This document shows, in pieces, positions 50,742 to 61,849 of a stretch of DNA of 64,000 bases. The stretch lies in contig NC_057719.1 of assembly GCF_004010195.1 (NCBI RefSeq), positions 42,709,024 through 42,773,023 on the forward strand, read 5' to 3'. The notes beneath the pieces are model-generated. The model saw only the letters and a program-made list of their open reading frames with translations, did no database searches and had not been told where the DNA came from. The stretch comes from Chiloscyllium plagiosum (Eukaryota). Positions within the stretch are counted from its first letter, which is position 1; every line of letters begins with the position of its first letter. Made by a program: the position numbers and the translations under genes.

Positions 50742-52607
50742 AAGAATTAAGGAGAATCCAAAGAGTTTTTACAAATACCTTATGGACAAAAGGGTAACTA
50801 GGGAGAGAATAGGGCCCCTCAAAGATCAGCAGGTCAGGCAGCATCCAGGGAACAGGAGAATCGACGTTTCGGGCATAAGCCCTTCTTCAGGAATCCTGAA
50901 GAAGGGCTTATGCCCGAAACGTCGATTCTCCTGTTCCCTGGCTGCTGCCTGACCTGCTGCGCTTTTCCAGCAACACATTTTCAGCCCCTCAAAGATCAGC
51001 AGGGTGGCCTTTGTGTGGACCCGCAGAAAATGGGGGAGATACTAAATGAGTATTTTGCATTAGTATTTACTGTGGAAAATGATATGGAAGATATAGATTG
51101 TGGGGAAATAGATGGTGACATCTTGCAGAATGTTCATATTACAGAGGAGGAAGTGCTGGATGTCTTGAAATGGGTAAAGGTGGATAAATCCACAGGGCCT
51201 GGTCAGGTGTATCCTAGAACTCTGTGGGAAGCTAGAGAAGTGATTGCTGGGCCTCTTGCTGAGATATTTGTATCATCGATAGTCACAGGTGAGGTGCCGG
51301 AAGACTGGATGTTGACTAACGTGGTACCACTGTTTAAGAAGGGTGGTAAGGACAAGCCATGGAACTATAGACCAGTGAGCCTGACGTCGGTGGTAAGCAA
51401 GTTGTTGGAGGGAATCCTGAGAGACAGGATGTACATGTATTTGGAAAGGCAAGGACTGATTAGGGATAGTCAACATGGCCTTGTGCATGGGAAATCATGT
51501 CTCACAAATTTGATTGAGTTTTTTGAAGAAGTAACAAAGAGGATTGATGAGGGCAAAGTGGTAGATGTGATATATAGATGTCAGTAAGGTGGTCGACAAG
51601 GTTCCCCATGGGAGACTGGTTAGCAAGGTTAGATCTCACGGAATACAAGGAGAACTAGCCATTTGGATACAGAATTGGCTCAAAGGTAGAAAACAGAGGG
51701 TGGTGGTGGAAGGTTTTTCCAGACTGGAGGCCTGCAACCAGTGGAGTGCCACAAGAATGGGTTCTGGGTCCTCTACTTTTTGTCATTTATATAAATGATT
51801 TGGATGCGAGCATAAGAGGTACAGTTGGTAAGTTTGCAGATGATAACAAAATTGGAGATGTAGTGGACAGTGAAGAAGGTTACCTCAGATTACAACAGGA
51901 TCTGGACCAGATGGACCAAATGGCTGAGAAGTGGCAGATGGAGCTTAATTTAGATAAATGCGAGGTGCTGCATTTTGGGAAAGCACCTTTATTGGTCAGA
52001 GTATTGAGTACAGGAGTTGGGAGGTCATGTTGCGGCTGTACAGGACATTGGTTAGGCCACTGTTGGAATATTGCATGCAATTTTGGTCTCCTTCCTATTG
52101 GAAAGATGTTGTGAAAATTGAAAGGGTTCAGAAAAGATTTACAAGAATGTTGCCAGGGTTGAAGGATTGGAACTACAGGGAGATGCTGAACAGGCTGGGG
52201 CTGTTTTCCCTGGAGAGTCGGAGGCTGAGGGGTAACCTTATAGAGGTTTACAAAATTATGAGGGGCATGGATAGGGTAAATAGGGAAACTCTTTTCCCTG
52301 GGGTCGGGGTGTACAGAACTAGAGGGCATAGGTTTTGGGTGAGAGGGTAAAGATATGAGACCTATGGGACAGCGTTTTCACACAGAGGGTGGTACATGTA
52401 TGGAATGAGCTGCCAGAGGAAGTGGTGGAGGCTGATACAATTGCAACACTTAAGAGGCAATTGGATGGGGAAATGAATAGGAAGGGTTTGGAGGGATGTG
52501 GATCCAGTGCTGGCAGGTGGGACTAGATTGGGTTGGGATACCTGGTCGGCATAGATGGGTTGGACCGAAGGGTCTGTTTCCATGCTGTATATCTCTATGA
52601 CTCTATA
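50742..52607 (+). mobile_element. CR1/HER1 LINE 3' half (RT domain) with nested PLE palindrome
   Basis: KSTGPGQVYPRTL...NYRPVSLTSVVSKLLE...QHG...SCLTNLIEFF; GPLLFVIYINDL...KFADD; C-terminus and TATGACTCTA tail; frameshifted. Confidence 0.92.
50827..50983. mobile_element. Palindromic PLE-terminus insertion with two opposed HHR motifs
   Basis: 66-bp inverted arms 50827-50892 / 50894-50959 with 1 mismatch; 20-bp direct repeat 50814-50833 / 50984-51003. Confidence 0.9.
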
Positions 52608-53448
52608 AACTACTATTTATTCAAATAAAATGAACTGTAACTACAGGCAAACAGTTATGAATTGTTGATGTCAAAGTACAGTAGGCGAACTCCCTTCTAA
52701 AACTCCACTTACCCATACACACTCTGATAAAAATAAATTGATGTTATTGAGAGGAGTGAGAAATACAATGGGGCAACAGTTCAAGCGCACCATTTTTCAG
52801 GATTTGATGGAATGTTTCTTTTGTTTCTAAAGTCCTTCAGTTCTCTGATCTTTTGGTTCTCTTAACTATTCATAGGAGGCATGGAATGACTGGTTCCTGA
52901 ATTATAAAGTTAATTATTGATTAGAAGCGATCTCTGACAGTACCTGATGGGAGAAAATAAGTTGGCTTTCTTAAGGCTTTAGGAGAGACAGAGACACACC
53001 AGCAGTCTGAAGGCTTCTGCAGGAATCATTCACATATACAAGCTGTTCACTTACCCAAGAGTCAGTCAGATAGTTGTCAGGCTGATGGCCATTGGCATCT
53101 GCAACTAATCTCAATTCCACAAATGATGCTGATGCCAGCTGAATTTCATGGTATTCATACCCTGGTGGTGATCCATCTCCAAACAAAGCAGTCAGAACTC
53201 AATAAGATGCTTTTCAAAAATGCCATAATTCTTTCCACAATCCTTGGTTTTGAAACAGTACTTTCTCCTATTTTAGTTTACAATAAAAAATTCAGAAATC
53301 TAAAAGAAAGAAACACAATTTGATCAAAAGACGTGATACACAAACAACAAGCCACAACTTGCAGCCATTCATTCTTTGTCTACCCCACTCTCCCATATAA
53401 CTCTATACAAGTTTAGCATTTCCTAACCCTTTAACTTATTCCATAATT

Positions 53449-55440
53449 TTACACTCTCAATGCAATTGTAATTTGATTTACATTATCTTTTCCAGCAATG
53501 TGAATAATCTTAACATTAAATGGATGAAACAAGGCTTTCCATTTGAATAGTCTTGTATTTTGAACTTTAAACTTTTCAACAAATGACAACAGATCATGGT
53601 CAGTGCAGATGTAATGTTCTGTTACTGTGTCAGACATTGACTTCAAATTGTTGAAGAACAACTAATAATCCCAAAGTTTCCTTTTCTACAGTGGGCGACT
53701 CCTGATGTGGGTTCAGTTTCTTAGAGAAGCCAATGGTGTACTTCTCTATTTCCAATTCATCATTCTGTAAAAGGTTAGAGACTAGGAATACTGTGGTGAC
53801 TAACTCACCTGACTCCCCAAAACCTGTCCACCATCTACAAGGCACAAGTCAGGAATATGATGAAATATGTCCCACTGACTAGGACAGGTGCAGCTCTAAT
53901 AACACTCAAGAAGCTTGACACCATCCAGGACAAAGCAGTTGGCTTGATTATGTACTATCTTCCAGGCATGCTGCAGAAATTCACCAAAGACCCTTGCATA
54001 GCACCTTCCAAACCAGTGACCACTTCCATCTAAAAGGACAAGTTCAACAAATACATGGGAACACCTATAAGTTCCCCTTCAAACCATTCAGCATCCTGAC
54101 TTGGAAATATGTCACTGTTCCTTCACTGTCGATGAGTGATATTCCTGAAATTCCCTCAGAAAAAGCATTGTGCATCTATCTGTTCAAGAAGGCAGCTCAT
54201 CAAGGGCAACTAGGGATGGCTAATACATGCTGGCATCCTATGAATGAATGAATCATTAGCATCAATTATCATTTTAAACAATTTGGCATCATCAAAAGCA
54301 GCTGAATTTATTTATAAGGGTGGCAATCAGCTTCTAAAAGGCTGGCTGGCATTCTGCCTACTGTACTACTTTCACTTATCTCTTTAGCAACTTTGTTAAT
54401 AATATAGCTAATGGGATGAAATTATGCACAAATTTCCAGAAAAACACTCATCCCTAAAAATCTCATGCTTTCTCATTAAGTACAAGAAGCAGGGAATTCT
54501 GTTTGCACCTTCATTTTTGTTGTCCTTGATAAATTACCTTTGCTTTCTCAAATTTGGCTAAACGTATTAATAACCTGACCAGCTGTCATTCCTTAAATAG
54601 ATCTCCATATTGGTTCCATGCTTTTCTCAGTTTGTAACTACACAGTTACAGACCTTAGCTATGACTTGATTCATAAATTTCTGAAATATAGCTGGGGCTG
54701 TTTTTAAGGCCCAAAATCAATATTTGTCTAACCATTTGGTGTGACAAAAGCAGATATTTCTTTAGCTGTTGATGAAATGGCTCTTGTCGGTACGTTTCAA
54801 TAGATCAATCCTAAAAGGAATAAAGCATTGCTGACCCTATAAAAACCGTAACCACTCTATAGTCTATGAAGAATCTAGTTAATCTATTTGATTTAAGTAC
54901 TAACACTATCAGTGAATCCCAGCCGTGATTTTCCAGCATAAATTGAATCCCTGTTAATACCTGAGCATGTTTTTTTTCTAGGCTCAATCAATAAGGATAT
55001 TGTTTTATCATTGCCAGATCCACATCATGCCTTGTCAACATAACATATCATGGTATATCTCCACAATATATACTTCCTCAGTGGTCTTATAAGATTGTCT
55101 GGTTGTCCTTTCTCTAGTGTCTAACCATCCTAGTATTTTTGTGTTACCTTGTTAAATTGTAAGAGGTTCACTTTGGGAACTGTTTTACTCTCCTTTGCTA
55201 CTCTTAACACTTGATACGTGTGCTCCACCTTATCCTTTTCCCTGCAATGATCTCTTTTTCACATATTTATGTGACATAACTGATATTTCTTCCTATGATG
55301 AGTATTTATTAGATGGGTCACTTTACTAAGCCTCCTAATTACATTGGATGGATTCAGAGGCAGTAATACCAATATTTCATCTTACATTTGAAAGTTTCTG
55401 TTTGTCTGCCTGTTCTTTAATCATCTTTGAAACACAGATC
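53449..55440 (-). mobile_element. Decayed Gmr1-like Ty3/Gypsy pol (INT C-terminus, RT, RNase H)
   Basis: Minus-strand order: DEILVLLP..RRLSKV..LCHINM (INT C-terminus), HDVD..IKQYPY, W.S.IVLV.K...RFFIDYR, AKEISAFVTPNG, APAIFQKFMNQVI (RT), FSKKLNPHQ..TVEKETL, TDH...HIAGKDNV (RH). Confidence 0.8.
53772..54252 (+). mobile_element. LINE family B 3' fragment nested in the Gmr1-like pol
   Basis: Homologous to 225-610; GGGCAACTAGGGATGG...TGAATGAATGAAT tail. Confidence 0.7.
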
Positions 55441-55629
55441 TACACTCCATCATTCTGACCATTGATTCTCAGCATCAGCAAAAAGGCAACTGGAGGATTT
55501 TGACCTCACTCCCTTTCCCACCAGGAGACAGGATATGATGCCAACAGACATGCAGCCAGAGGAGGAACCACAGACAGGCCCCTCACAAGTCTCCTCTCAG
55601 GACACTCCAGAGGTGACTGGCCCCTCCAC

Positions 55630-56245
55630 GTCCACCCTGCTTGGCACCTGTTATCCCGTGGAAGTTGTAGCAGAGCAGGATGAACCTCCGTCTGGGCAGG
55701 ACACACTCAGGATGTCTCGGTGCTTTAGTCACAAATACCCCAGGGTTGTCCACCAACCCACTCTGGGCCATTTTCTCTTGGAATGAGCAAAAGGAAGGGA
55801 TTGAGTAAGACGAAAAAGGCTGGCACAGATGTGGGAGAGGTGGTGAGGTGAGTGAGTGAGATCGTACATTGTATAGAGTTTATGCAATGATCTTGTATGG
55901 GAGGGTGAGAGTGAGGAAAGCTGTTGCGTGTGATAGTGAAAGTGATGGACTGAGTTTTGGTGGCAGTTGGATGCAGTAGCATCAGTGATTGAGTGAATAT
56001 GAGACTAAGAGAGGGAATGGTGGCACTTACCTATGGAAAGTGCAGAAAGTCATTAATCTCCTTCCTGCACTGCTGGCCGTTCTTCTGGACTGTGGATGCT
56101 GCACTGACCTGGGTACCAACTTTGGATCATGCTGGCAGGGAGTGGTGCCACAGTTTCCCCGGCATTCCTGAGAATAGGAGATATTCCTCCTGTGCACTGC
56201 CTTGCCCATGTTCAGGTCAGCGAAGTGGGCACTAACTTTCCCTTC
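55630..56245 (-). pseudogene. PIF/Harbinger-type Myb/SANT (trihelix) gene remnant with intron
   Basis: Minus strand: PA*SKVGTQVSAASTVQKNGQQCRKEINDFL..|gtaagt (donor at 56030); pyrimidine tract then EKMAQ near 55777. Confidence 0.6.
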
Positions 56246-56562
56246 TCAGTCAGCTTTGGGGCAGTTCTTCACACCTCGAACAATTGAGATTTTCACACAC
56301 AAAAACAGTGAAGGTTTTGCCCACGCAACCTGTGAAGGCAGCTCTTGTCCTGGTACACACCTACATTGTAATTAAGGTACTGGCATCCAGAGTCCTGAGA
56401 TATCCTGGTAGCAGTGAGTCCCTCTGTTACTGGTGAGCACAAGTTGGGCACCATAGAGATGTGGTGCATACATAATATATGAGAAAGTTTGCCAGAGCTC
56501 ACAGAGCAGAACGCTCCCCAAAATCTACACCGCTGACTTTTGGGAAACTTCAATGCAGCAAT

Positions 56563-57352
56563 TTAGAATCATAGAATCCCTACAGTGTGGAAACAGGCTC
56601 TTCGGCCCAACAATTCTGGTCTTCTTCCTATCGGAAGGAAGTTGTGAAACTTGAAAAGGTTCAGAAAAGATTTACAAGGACATTGCCAGGGTTGGAGGAT
56701 TTGAGTGAGAGGGAGAGGATGAATAGGCTAGGGCTGTTTTCCCTGGAGCATCGGAGGCTGAGGGGTGAACTTATTGAGGTTTATAAAATCATGAGGGGCA
56801 CGGATAGGGTAAATAGATGAAGTTTTTTCCCTGGGATGGGGGAGTCCAGAACTAGAGGGCATAGGTTTAGGGAGAGAGGGAAAAGATATAAAAGAGACTT
56901 AAGGGGCAACTTTTTCACTTAGAGGATTGTGCATGTATGGAATGAACTGCCAGAGGAACTGGTGGAGGCTGGTACAATTACAGCATTCAAAAGGCATCTG
57001 GATGGGTATATAAATAGGAAGAGTTTGGAGGGATATGGGCTGGGTGCTGGCAGGTGGGACTAGATTGGTTTGGGATATGTGGTCAGCATGGATGAGTTAG
57101 ACCGAAGGGTCTGTTTCCATGCTGTAAATGTCTATGACTAATGCATCCAACCTACACATCCTTGAGCACTATGGGCAATTTAGCAAGGCCAATTCATCCT
57201 AACCTGCAAATCTTTGGACTGTGGGAGGAAATCCACACAGGCACAGGGAGAATGTGCAAACTTCACACAGACAGGTGCCCAAGGCTGACATCGAACCTGG
57301 GACCCTAGCGCTGTGAGGCAGCCATGCTAACCACTGAGTCACCATGCAACCC
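56563..57352 (-). mobile_element. HE1-like V-SINE split by a CR1 insertion
   Basis: Tail at 56563-56613 and body at 57136-57352. Confidence 0.8.
56612..57139 (+). mobile_element. CR1/HER1 LINE 3' fragment
   Basis: QFWSS.YRKEVVKLEKVQKRFTR..RRLRGELIEVYKIMRG; GACCGAAGGGTCTGTTTCCATGCTGT tail. Confidence 0.9.
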
Positions 57353-57404
57353 TAAATAAAGTCAGAAGGTAAATACGAAAAACTCAGGGGAACACTAGTA
57401 ATAT

Positions 57405-57499
57405 TGTATGAAAACAGAAATAAAGCTCAGTAGGGCTGGTAGCATCTGTAGAGAGAAATCAGCGTTAATGTTTCGTGTCCAGTGACCCTTCCTCAGAAC
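57405..57499 (-). mobile_element. PLE-like terminus (third family) with degenerate HHR motif
   Basis: Reverse complement GTTCTGAGGA-A-GGGTC-ACT-GGACAC-GAAA-CATTAACGCTGATTTCTCTCTACAGATGCTACCAG. Confidence 0.55.
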
Positions 57500-58667
57500 C
57501 TGGAAACAGTAATAGAACCCTAGTACTATGGTGTTATATTAGAGAAGTATTGTAAACTGAAAAGGGAAGTAAGGGAAATTTAAGCGGTAGTTTTATTGAC
57601 AGTTTCATCACATCACAACAGCTGCTTTCGTCTGAACTCAACAGTCATTCTCGGTTACATAGTTACGAGCAAGGCCACTATGCTGTTTTCAGCATCGGTA
57701 AGTTTAAATACCAATTTTTTGTTTTGAAAAGTTTCAATGAGTTGTCCATGTGTTGTTCCATGCATCTTTTTCTTAAAACAATTATTGTATAAATTAATTT
57801 TTTTGTCTTGTGTTTTGATGCTGTTTTGCTTGCCCTTTCTTCAGTCTGCCAGTGGGTCACTAACTTTGTGGAAACCAGATTAACTTTGTGAAGGCAGCCT
57901 CCCAATAATAAGGACAGGGCTTCCAATAATCCAAGCAGGCCCAGTGGCCTCTCCAGTTTACCTGGGTACAACAGCACCTGCACAATGCCTGCAGAAGATA
58001 ACTTTAAAGAGGATGGAAAGGGGACACCTCCCTTTTAAAGCACACTCTTCAGCCATTTGCCTTCCTTTCCACTTGCTGACATCTTCAAAGGAAGAAACAG
58101 CCAAGTAGGATGCTAAATTTTAATATATTAAATGTGCTGTTCCAGCAGAGCCTGAAAATTGTGATTAGTGCCTCTGATGAAAATAATACAAAGAAAAGCA
58201 ATGTAAGCTTAAAGGAAATAATATTGCAACCCAAAGTAACACTTTACCGTCACTATTTTAAGGCACAAAATCCATGTAGTAGACTAACAAATGGTTGATT
58301 AAAACAAGTCCAATGGATCCATCATCTTTTAAGTACATAACATTATAAAATAAACTTCAGTGTTATCTATTAGTTGTGACCAAGAAATTAATTGTGGCTT
58401 TAGCTGTAAAGTAACAACTTGACATGTCTTTCTTGATAATTCATTTTGTAACCAACTCCATTTGTTATCAATCTTGACCAGTGGGTGGGATAATTTAGCA
58501 GTTGTTATTTAGATGCTGATGATCTGGTAATGGGAGAGTACAGGAGCTGTGTTCTGTTCAGCATAACAAAACAGGATTTAATTCTAAAAATAATAAAATG
58601 ATTGAGAAAATCCTTTAGATCTCCAATGGCTTAGATGCTGACTATTTATTACTATTTAGTAACTTTT

Positions 58668-59038
58668 TTACTGTAGCTTGTTTTGAGCTGTGCAAATGAG
58701 ATTTCCAATTCTATCTCTGTGTATCAACATTTGGAGATAATATTGAATGATTTACAACTTTGGGAGAAATTTCTAATCTTTTTAAACACTGACTGTGTGT
58801 GAGCTGCAGAAGTTTGTCACACTAGATTAGATTAGATTAGATTAGATTACAGCGTGGAAACAGGCCCTTCGGCCCATTACTGTAGCTTGTTTTGAGCTGT
58901 GCAAATGAGATTTCCAATTCTATCTCTGTGTATCAACATTTGGAGATAATATTGAATGACTGTGTGTGAGCTGCAGAAGTTTGTCACACTAGATTAGATT
59001 AGATTAGATTACAGCATGGAAACAGGCCCTTCGGCCCA
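58668..59038. repeat. Tandem duplication of flank plus SINE tail (209 bp and 162 bp)
   Basis: 58668-58876 repeated at 58877-59038, with a 42-bp deletion, one fewer TAGAT unit and one substitution. Confidence 0.9.
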
Positions 59039-59297
59039 ACAAGTCCACACCGACCCGCCGAAGCCCAACCCACCCATACCCCTACATTTACCCCTTACCT
59101 AACACTACGGGCAATTTAGCATGGCCAATTCACCTGACCTGCACATCTTTGGACTGTGGGAGGAAACCGGAGCACCCGGAGGAAACCCACGCAGACACGG
59201 GGAGAACGTGCAAACTCCACACAGTCAGTCGCCTGAGGCGGGAATTGAACCCGGGTCTCAGGCGCTGTGAGGCAGCAGTGCTAACCACTGTGCCGCC
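58990..59297 (-). mobile_element. Young, near-complete HE1-like V-SINE
   Basis: Reverse complement GGCGGCACAGTGGTTAGCACTGC...GGGTTCAATTCC (A/B boxes); many CpGs retained; (ATCTA)n tail. Confidence 0.92.
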
Positions 59298-59514
59298 TAC
59301 CTTGTACTAAATGCATTGGGGATTAAATGTAAATGAATTGTATCACAATCCCTCATAAGTGTATCTGCCACTTGTCCCTGTCTCTTTATTCTTCAATCTC
59401 CTGCATTAATAGTGCAGCCTAGACCACCAGGTGACTCACCACTGAAGATGATTCTATCTGAATAATGCACCCATCAGTTTTCCAAATTACTGGGTTTTTT
59501 TAGTTTTTAATTTA

Positions 59515-60050
59515 AATTTGCAGACATCCTCAGAATAACATTCATGATTAGCTTTCGGCATTGCACTTCCTCTTTTCAAACAAAATCACAACAGGGTGAA
59601 AACCATTCTTCATACCATATAGCACCTGCAATTCAAGAAACAGGAAGTGAACCATATTTGGCAAGGTTGCAAAAGATTAACATTCAGACACATCCCAGTC
59701 ACCACTATCAATATTTCTGGGTGGTGTCCTCTCCCACCAGCAGGACAGACCCACCAGACATGTTGGCACAGTGGTATACAGTCAGGATGGAGCTGCCCTT
59801 TGAATTCTCAACATTGACACCGGAACCTTTGAAGCCTCATGTAATCAGATCAAACAGGGGTAAGGAAATCTCCTGCTGATCACACCTACAGTGCTCTATG
59901 AAGAATCAATACACTTTCACGTTGAATACATTTCAGAAGCACTGACAGTGGAAAAGAGAAAGAGTATACTCTGGTTAGGAGACTTCAAACTGCATGACCA
60001 GAGTGACTGAGTGGCATCACTGCTCACTAGGCAAGTCCTGAAGGCCATTG
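59515..60050 (+). mobile_element. Decayed LINE endonuclease (APE) region
   Basis: CAGGACAGACCCACCAGA..GGCACAGTGGTATAC (QDRP..GTVVY) and CTCTGGTTAGGAGACTTCAA (LWLGDF). Confidence 0.55.
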
Positions 60051-60419
60051 TAATAATATCAATGTGTTATCAACATGTAACTCAAATTGGATATGTGGAT
60101 TCCATTTACCTGAAGATCTCTGATGGGTTAAACTAATATATACAGTTCAGAGTAATCTCCAGACACAACCTGTGCAATAGTACAGTGTGCCTGCAATCTT
60201 GTGATAACATTCGGATACTTGGATGACTTGCATATTGATCCCTTGAAGGGGCATTGTTCTATAAGTGATATCATACAATATTGCCTTTGTTTTACAAAAG
60301 TGAGTTCCCATATGTCATAAATAAAATGCCAAAACATTGGGTAATAGTTATTAAATAATTATACAAAGGTAGAGATTGTGAAATTGATAGGTATAGAAGT
60401 CTAGAAGACATCTCGTCAG

Positions 60420-61802
60420 TTTGACATCTCTTGTCATTGTGTAATCTTCTGCAAGTGTAGATTTTACCCTTGGCTATTCTGCGTCTGCAGGCATGTCATC
60501 AGAGTGTTGATTGTTGTCCTGGTCTTCTAATGCACCATCTGGAAGTGTTCTTCCATTCTCATTGTATACAATTAATGTATTGTGCACTTCCCTTAGCTAG
60601 CTTCGGTATCGCCTCAGCATTGCTTTGTTAGGTGTCATGACTCCATCACTGGGCTCATTGTGAACTTTGGAAATCTGTACAAGTTAAACCCTTGTGGGGT
60701 TTGACTCTGTCTTTTCTTCCTACATATAGCCGAAGTAGTTCTGGACCTGCACGCCACTCATGCATCATCTTCATCCTTTGTTGAGAAGTATGTCCCGCAT
60801 CTTGGAGAATTTGACTCGACAATGATTTACCAATGTTATTCGTAGTGCTTTCTGAAAATGAACCCTACTAGCAATGTTAAACCCATATCCAGAAATGGAG
60901 CTCTGAGGTGTAACATGGTAAAAAAAAAAGCCTTTGTTTTGTTTCCCTGCACTTCTGGATAATGATTTCATTCTGTGAATCATCCACTTGATGAGACTGA
61001 TCTGAAGTAATGTAGTGAGAACATCAGCTGTTTCATGCCCCATCTGGCACACGCATCTCTGAAAAGGCTGCCTGTATTCTCCAACCAATTGTGTGAAATG
61101 ATTTCTAAAGGTGTACTGAACAGACTAAAAATGGCACTTGAGTATATCTGCCATGTCCATGGCTGAAGTGTTTCTTATCTGTCTGATAATTAGAAGTTTG
61201 AAGAAATAATCAGTGATTAAGATGGCATTGTCTCTTTATGCACAATAAACAGAACAATGGTGATTTTAGACCCAGGAACTGATAGAATCTCATGAGGGTA
61301 TGGGGCTATCTATGTTATTGTGACTGGCAGCTCTGACATGCCTCACAAATCCTCACTAACCTTTCAATTTTACCATTAATCCCTGGCCAATAGACTGAAT
61401 CAGATGCCAGTCATTTCATCTGTTCGATGCCCATATGTTGTTGGTGTAATTGTGACAATATGTCATGGCAGAGAGCTTCATGCACAAGTACTTGTTTTCC
61501 TGTGAAGCTAATGCCTCTTTAAGATACCAAGCTCACCTCTGTAAGGCCACAAGAATCTGAAGATATCTGGCACATCTTTTTTTAACCAAGTCAAGCTATT
61601 ATGATGATAATTTCCTTTGGCTGCTTCTAATAGAGGTTCAGCATCTTTATGCTGACCAAAATATAACAGATTAATTCTGAGCATATTTTCCTCCTGGATT
61701 TGTGGATCCAGTGGATCCAGTCATATTCCTATGCTTTTATCAGAAATCATCGTAGTCGAAGTGGTTCACTTGTTAGTAGTTTGCTGCAAATAATTTCCAA
61801 TT
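60420..61802 (-). mobile_element. Decayed conventional Ty3/Gypsy pol (RNase H end, then integrase)
   Basis: Minus strand: LEIICSKLLTSEPLRLR..EYD (RH end), HMGIEQMK*LA..SVYWPGINGKIERLVRICEACQ (HHCC zinc finger), ILITDYFFK..IRQIRNTSA (core). Confidence 0.8.
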
Positions 61803-61849
61803 GTCTGTGAATGATTTCTGCAGGGAATTGCTTACAGTACTATCTGAAT

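Noticed and set aside
50910..51587. 225-aa ORF as a novel fusion protein
   Set aside because: Its ATG and first ~25 codons come from the PLE palindrome and are in frame with a broken CR1 RT by chance.
50480..53440. Possible 3' LTR of the Gmr1-like element interrupted by CR1
   Set aside because: The position and a minus-strand AATAAA near 52616 fit, but I could not define termini, a polypurine tract or a TSD.
58823..59010. Repeat-spacer pattern resembling a CRISPR array
   Set aside because: It is a (TAGAT)n SINE tail plus a local duplication in vertebrate DNA; there are no regular unique spacers or cas genes.
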